A DNA stretch of 64,000 nucleotides from Auanema rhodensis. Lineage: Eukaryota; Animalia; Nematoda. This document shows, one piece after another, positions 58,122 through 64,000 of this stretch (position 1 is the first letter of the stretch; each line of letters starts with the position of its first letter). The notes under the pieces are model-generated. The model did not search any database and had not been told where the DNA came from. It worked only from the letters and a program-made list of their open reading frames with translations. The position numbers and the translations under genes are program-made. The DNA is taken from contig OZ059897.1 in assembly GCA_964057225.1 (NCBI GenBank), forward strand, positions 19,778,001-19,842,000, read 5' to 3'.

Positions 58122-59297
58122 TAACACAGATCGACGCAGCTTAAAAATCCGCATCGAATGCACTATACTACATTGAGAAACGCTTAATACAAAAATTAGT
58201 TATGATCGTTTGAAAAATGATGCATTAGTGTATGTTGAGTTTCCATGTACACTCAACATTGCTTCCAAAAACATTTTGACAAAAATTTTTTCGAAAAATT
58301 TCAAAATAATTTAGCAAAAAGTAGATGTTTTTAGATTCCTTTTTTCAAGGCAAAGACGATGGACAATGTTATTCAACGAAAAAATTAATTCTTCAGGGTG
58401 AAAATCGGGTATATATGTGTGAACTTATATCAGTTGATATCTCGGTGCAATTTTAAGCTAGCGCAAATCTGATAACACAGATCGACGCAGCTTGAAAATC
58501 CGCATCGAATGCACTATACTACATTGAGAAACGCTTAATACAAAAATTAGTTATGATCGTTTGAAAAATGATGCATTAGTGTATGTTGAGTTTCCATGTA
58601 CACTCAACATTGCTTCCAAAAACATTTTGACAAAAATTTTTTCGAAAAATTTCAATATAATTTAGCAAAAAGTAGATGTTTTTAGATTCCATTTTTCAAG
58701 GCAAAGACGATGGACAATGTTATTCAACGAAAAAATTATTTCTTCAGGGTGAAAATCGAGGATATATGTGTGAACTTATATCAGTTGATATCTCGGTGCA
58801 TTTTTAAGCTAGCGCAAATCTGATAACACAGATCGACGCAGCTTAAAAATCCGCATCGAATGCACTATACTACATTGAGAAACGCTTAATACAAAAATTA
58901 GTTATGATCGTTTGAAAAATGATGCATTAGTGTATGTTGAGTTTCCATGTACACTCAACATTGCTTCCAAAAACATTTTGACAAAAATTTTTTCGAAAAA
59001 TTTCAAAATAATTTAGCAAAAAGTAGATGTTTTAAGATTCAATTTTTCAAGGCAAAGACGATGGACAATGTTATTCAACGAAAAAATTAATTCTTCAGGG
59101 TGAAAATCGAGGATATAAGTGTGAACTTATATCAGTTGATATCTCGGTGCATTTTTAAGCTAGCGCAAATCTGATAACACAGATCGACGCAGCTTAAAAA
59201 TCCGCATCCAATGCACTATACTACATTGAGAAACGCTTAATACAAAAATTAGTTATGATCGTTTGAAAAATGATGCATTAGTGTATGTTGAGTTTCC

Positions 59298-59525
59298 ATG
59301 TACACTCAACATTGCTTCCAAAAACATTTTGACAAAAATTTTTTCGAAAAATTTCAAAATAATTTAGCAAAAAGTAGATGTTTTAAGATTCAATTTTTCA
59401 AGGCAAAGACGATGGACAATGTTATTCAACGAAAAAATTATTTCTTCAGGGTGAAAATCGAGGATATATGTGTGAACTTATATCAGTTGATATCTCGGTG
59501 CATTTTCAAGCTAGCGCAAATCTGA
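59298..59525 (+). other. Satellite-derived 75-codon ORF, probably non-coding
   Basis: Same frame, with T67A and A123T in a type L monomer. Confidence 0.6.
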
Positions 59526-60350
59526 TAACACAGATCGACGCAGCTTAAAAATCCGCATCGAATGCACTATACTACATTGAGAAACGCTTAATACAAAAAT
59601 TAGTTATGATCGTTTGAAAAATGATGCATTAGTGTATGTTGAGTTTCCATGTACACTCAACATTGCTTCCAAAAACATTTTGACAAAAATTTTTTCGAAA
59701 CATTTCAAAATAATTTAGCAAAAAGTAGATGTTTTTAGATTCCATTTCTCAAGGCAAAGACGATAGACAATGTTATTCAACGAAAAAATTAATTCTTCAG
59801 GGTGAAAATCGAGGATATATGTGTGAACTTATATCAGTTGATATCTCGGTGCATTTTTAAGCTAGCGCAAATCTGATAACACAGATCGACGCAGCTTAAA
59901 AATCCGCATCGAATGCACTATACTACATTGAGAAACGCTTAATACAAAAATTAGTTATGATCGTTTGAAAAATGATGCATTAGTGTATGTTGAGTTTCCA
60001 TGTACACTCAACATTGCTTCCAAAAACATTTTGACAAAAATTTTTTCGAAAAATTTCAAAATAATTTAGCAAAAAGTAGATGTTTTAAGATTCAATTTTT
60101 CAAGGCAAAGACGATGGACAATGTTATTCAACGAAAAAATTAATTCTTCAGGGTGAAAATCGAGGATATAAGTGTGAACTTATATCAGTTGATATCTCGG
60201 TGCATTTTTAAGCTAGCGCAAATCTGATAACACAGATCGACGCAGCTTAAAAATCCGCATCGAATGCACTATACTACATTGAAAAACGCTTGATACAAAA
60301 ATTAGTTATGATCGTTTGAAAAATGATGCATTAGTGTATGTTGAGTTTCC

Positions 60351-60578
60351 ATGTACACTCAACATTGCTTCCAAAAACATTTTGACAAAAATTTTTTCGA
60401 AAAATTTCAAAATAATTTAGCAAAAAGTAGATGTTTTAAGATTCAATTTTTCAAGGCAAAGACGATGGACAATGTTATTCAACGAAAAAATTATTTCTTC
60501 AGGGTGAAAATCGAGGATATAAGTGTGAACTTATATCAGTTGATATCTCGGTGCATTTTTAAGCTAGCGCAAATCTGA
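60351..60578 (+). other. Satellite-derived 75-codon ORF, probably non-coding
   Basis: Same frame, with T67A and A123T in one monomer. Confidence 0.6.
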
Positions 60579-62105
60579 TAACACAGATCGACGCAGCTTG
60601 AAAATCCGCATCGAATGCACTATACTACATTGAGAAACGCTTAATACAAAAATTAGTTATGATCGTTTGAAAAATGATGCATTAGTGTATGTTGAGTTTC
60701 CATGTACACTCAACATTGCTTCCAAAAACATTTTGACAAAAATTTTTTCGAAAAATTTCAAAATAATTTAGCAAAAAGTAGATGTTTTTAGATTCCATTT
60801 TTCAAGGCAAAGACGATGGACAATGTTATTCAACGAAAAAATTATTTCTTCAGGGTGAAAATCGAGGATATATGTGTGAACTTATATCAGTTGATATCTC
60901 GGTGCATTTTTAAGCTAGCGCAAATCTGATAACACAGATCGACGCAGCTTAAAAATCCGCATCGAATGCACTATACTACATTGAGAAACGCTTAATACAA
61001 AAATTAGTTATGATCGTTTGAAAAATGATGCATTAGTGTATGTTGAGTTTCCATGTACACTCAACATTGCTTCCAAAAACATTTTGACAAAAATTTTTTC
61101 GAAAAATTTCAAAATAATTTAGCAAAAAGTAGATGTTTTAAGATTCAATTTTTCAAGGCAAAGACGATGGACAATGTTATTCAACGAAAAAATTAATTCT
61201 TCAGGGTGAAAATCGAGGATATAAGTGTGAACTTATATCAGTTGATATCTCGGTGCATTTTTAAGCTAGCGCAAATCTGATAACACAGATCGACGCAGCT
61301 TAAAAATCCGCATCGAATGCACTATACTACATTGAGAAACGCTTAATACAAAAATTAGTTATGATCGTTTGAAAAATGATGCATTAGTGTATGTTGAGTT
61401 TCCATGTACACTCAACATTGCTTCCAAAAACATTTTGACAAAAATTTTTTCGAAAAATTTCAAAATAATTTAGCAAAAAGTAGATGTTTTTAGATTCCAT
61501 TTTTCAAGGCAAAGACGATGGACAATGTTATTCAACGAAAAAATTATTTCTTCAGGGTGAAAATCGAGGATATATGTGTGAACTTATATCAGTTGATATC
61601 TCGGTGCATTTTTAAGCTAGCGCAAATCTGATAACACAGATCGACGCAGCTTAAAAATCCGCATCGAATGCACTATACTACATTGAGAAACGCTTAATAC
61701 AAAAATTAGTTATGATCGTTTGAAAAATGATGCATTAGTGTATGTTGAGTTTCCATGTACACTCAACATTGCTTCCAAAAACATTTTGACAAAAATTTTT
61801 TCGAAAAATTTCAAAATAATTTAGCAAAAAGTAGATGTTTTAAGATTCAATTTTTCAAGGCAAAGACGATGGACAATGTTATTCAACGAAAAAATTAATT
61901 CTTCAGGGTGAAAATCGAGGATATAAGTGTGAACTTATATCAGTTGATATCTCGGTGCATTTTTAAGCTAGCGCAAATCTGATAACACAGATCGACGCAG
62001 CTTAAAAATCCGCATCGAATGCACTATACTACATTGAGAAACGCTTAATACAAAAATTAGTTATGATCGTTTGAAAAATGATGCATTAGTGTATGTTGAG
62101 TTTCC

Positions 62106-62333
62106 ATGTACACTCAACATTGCTTCCAAAAACATTTTGACAAAAATTTTTTCGAAAAATTTCAAAATAATTTAGCAAAAAGTAGATGTTTTAAGATTCA
62201 ATTTTTCAAGGCAAAGACGATGGACAATGTTATTCAACGAAAAAATTATTTCTTCAGGGTGAAAATCGAGGATATATGTGTGAACTTATATCAGTTGATA
62301 TCTCGGTGCATTTTCAAGCTAGCGCAAATCTGA
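62106..62333 (+). other. Satellite-derived 75-codon ORF, probably non-coding
   Basis: Same frame, with T67A and A123T in a type L monomer. Confidence 0.6.
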
Positions 62334-64000
62334 TAACACAGATCGACGCAGCTTAAAAATCCGCATCGAATGCACTATACTACATTGAGAAACGCTTAAT
62401 ACAAAAATTAGTTATGATCGTTTGAAAAATGATGCATTAGTGTATGTTGAGTTTCCATGTACACTCAACATTGCTTCCAAAAACATTTTGACAAAAATTT
62501 TTTCGAAACATTTCAAAATAATTTAGCAAAAAGTAGATGTTTTTAGATTCCATTTCTCAAGGCAAAGACGATAGACAATGTTATTCAACGAAAAAATTAA
62601 TTCTTCAGGGTGAAAATCGAGGATATATGTGTGAACTTATATCAGTTGATATCTCGGTGCATTTTTAAGCTAGCGCAAATCTGATAACACAGATCGACGC
62701 AGCTTGAAAATCCGCATCGAATGCACTATACTACATTGAGAAACGCTTAATACAAAAATTAGTTATGATCGTTTGAAAAATGATGCATTAGTGTATGTTG
62801 AGTTTCCATGTACACTCAACATTGCTTCCAAAAACATTTTGACAAAAATTTTTTCGAAAAATTTCAAAATAATTTAGCAAAAAGTAGATGTTTTTAGATT
62901 CCATTTTTCAAGGCAAAGACGATGGACAATGTTATTCAACGAAAAAATTATTTCTTCAGGGTGAAAATCGAGGATATATGTGTGAACTTATATCAGTTGA
63001 TATCTCGGTGCATTTTTAAGCTAGCGCAAATCTGATAACACAGATCGACGCAGCTTAAAAATCCGCATCGAATGCACTATACTACATTGAGAAACGCTTA
63101 ATACAAAAATTAGTTATGATCGTTTGAAAAATGATGCATTAGTGTATGTTGAGTTTCCATGTACACTCAACATTGCTTCCAAAAACATTTTGACAAAAAT
63201 TTTTTCGAAAAATTTCAAAATAATTTAGCAAAAAGTAGATGTTTTAAGATTCAATTTTTCAAGGCAAAGACGATGGACAATGTTATTCAACGAAAAAATT
63301 AATTCTTCAGGGTGAAAATCGAGGATATAAGTGTGAACTTATATCAGTTGATATCTCGGTGCATTTTTAAGCTAGCGCAAATCTGATAACACAGATCGAC
63401 GCAGCTTAAAAATCCGCATCGAATGCACTATACTACATTGAGAAACGCTTAATACAAAAATTAGTTATGATCGTTTGAAAAATGATGCATTAGTGTATGT
63501 TGAGTTTCCATGTACACTCAACATTGCTTCCAAAAACATTTTGACAAAAATTTTTTCGAAAAATTTCAAAATAATTTAGCAAAAAGTAGATGTTTTTAGA
63601 TTCCATTTTTCAAGGCAAAGACGATGGACAATGTTATTCAACGAAAAAATTATTTCTTCAGGGTGAAAATCGAGGATATATGTGTGAACTTATATCAGTT
63701 GATATCTCGGTGCATTTTTAAGCTAGCGCAAATCTGATAACACAGATCGACGCAGCTTAAAAATCCGCATCGAATGCACTATACTACATTGAGAAACGCT
63801 TAATACAAAAATTAGTTATGATCGTTTGAAAAATGATGCATTAGTGTATGTTGAGTTTCCATGTACACTCAACATTGCTTCCAAAAACATTTTGACAAAA
63901 ATTTTTTCGAAAAATTTCAAAATAATTTAGCAAAAAGTAGATGTTTTAAGATTCAATTTTTCAAGGCAAAGACGATGGACAATGTTATTCAACGAAAAAA

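Larger units (their letters stand above)
1..64000. repeat. Tandem satellite DNA array, 351-bp AT-rich monomer, ~182.3 head-to-tail copies, very homogeneous; continues beyond both window edges
   Basis: The unit 'caaaaacattttgac...ctcaacattgcttc' recurs at 1, 352, 703 and onward. The line phase recurs every 7,020 bp (20x351) at 7021, 14041 ... 49141. All copies are in the same orientation and most differ by 0-10 substitutions. The last, partial monomer starts at 63882. Confidence 0.99.
58617..64000. repeat. J/K dimer-based subfamily of the satellite
   Basis: J = A123T+A151T and K = T67A+C74A. Order: J K L M K L' J K J K L M J K J K, where L is a K-front/J-back chimera and M = A32C+T79C+A151T. 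C74A is seen only after ~57.9 kb. Confidence 0.88.

Noticed and set aside
56841-62333. Five 75-aa ORFs as real protein-coding genes
   Set aside because: They are translations of the satellite monomer. The K/F/N-rich composition reflects A/T tracts, about 177 other copies carry in-frame stops, and there is no recognisable domain or gene context.
1-64000. CRISPR array
   Set aside because: There are no unique spacers: the whole 351-bp unit is repeated, and no cas genes are present.
1-64000. Pure sequencing or assembly concatemer artefact
   Set aside because: The variants form linked, position-structured haplotypes and nested HORs rather than random errors. Local copy-number errors cannot be excluded.

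Overview
The entire 64,000-bp window is one uninterrupted, head-to-tail satellite DNA array with no unique sequence, inversion or inserted element that I could see. It holds about 182.3 copies of a 351-bp monomer of about 31% GC (109/351 in monomer 1). Monomer n starts at 1+351(n-1) up to monomer 149; three 1-bp indels after 51.9 kb give a net shift of -1. Monomers differ by only a few substitutions, and these SNPs define recurrent monomer types arranged in local higher-order repeats (HORs): 5-mer and 3-mer duplications at 2.8-8.8 kb, a diverged block at 10.5-18.6 kb, a 9-mer (3,159 bp) HOR at 20-32 kb, a 6-mer at 37.9-42.1 kb, a 3-mer at 43.5-45.6 kb, a dimer run at 48-51 kb and a distinct J/K dimer subfamily from 58.6 kb. 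Each monomer has phased A/T tracts and four inverted repeats, one closed by a GTGA (GNRA-type) tetraloop. The five 75-aa ORFs are satellite by-products that appear where two stop-removing SNPs fall in one monomer. This looks like eukaryotic (peri)centromeric or heterochromatic satellite DNA. I cannot name the organism or family, and I found no credible gene, RNA gene, CRISPR array or transposase. SNP notation such as T67A gives the position in the monomer relative to monomer 1 (window 1-351). All typing was done by eye.
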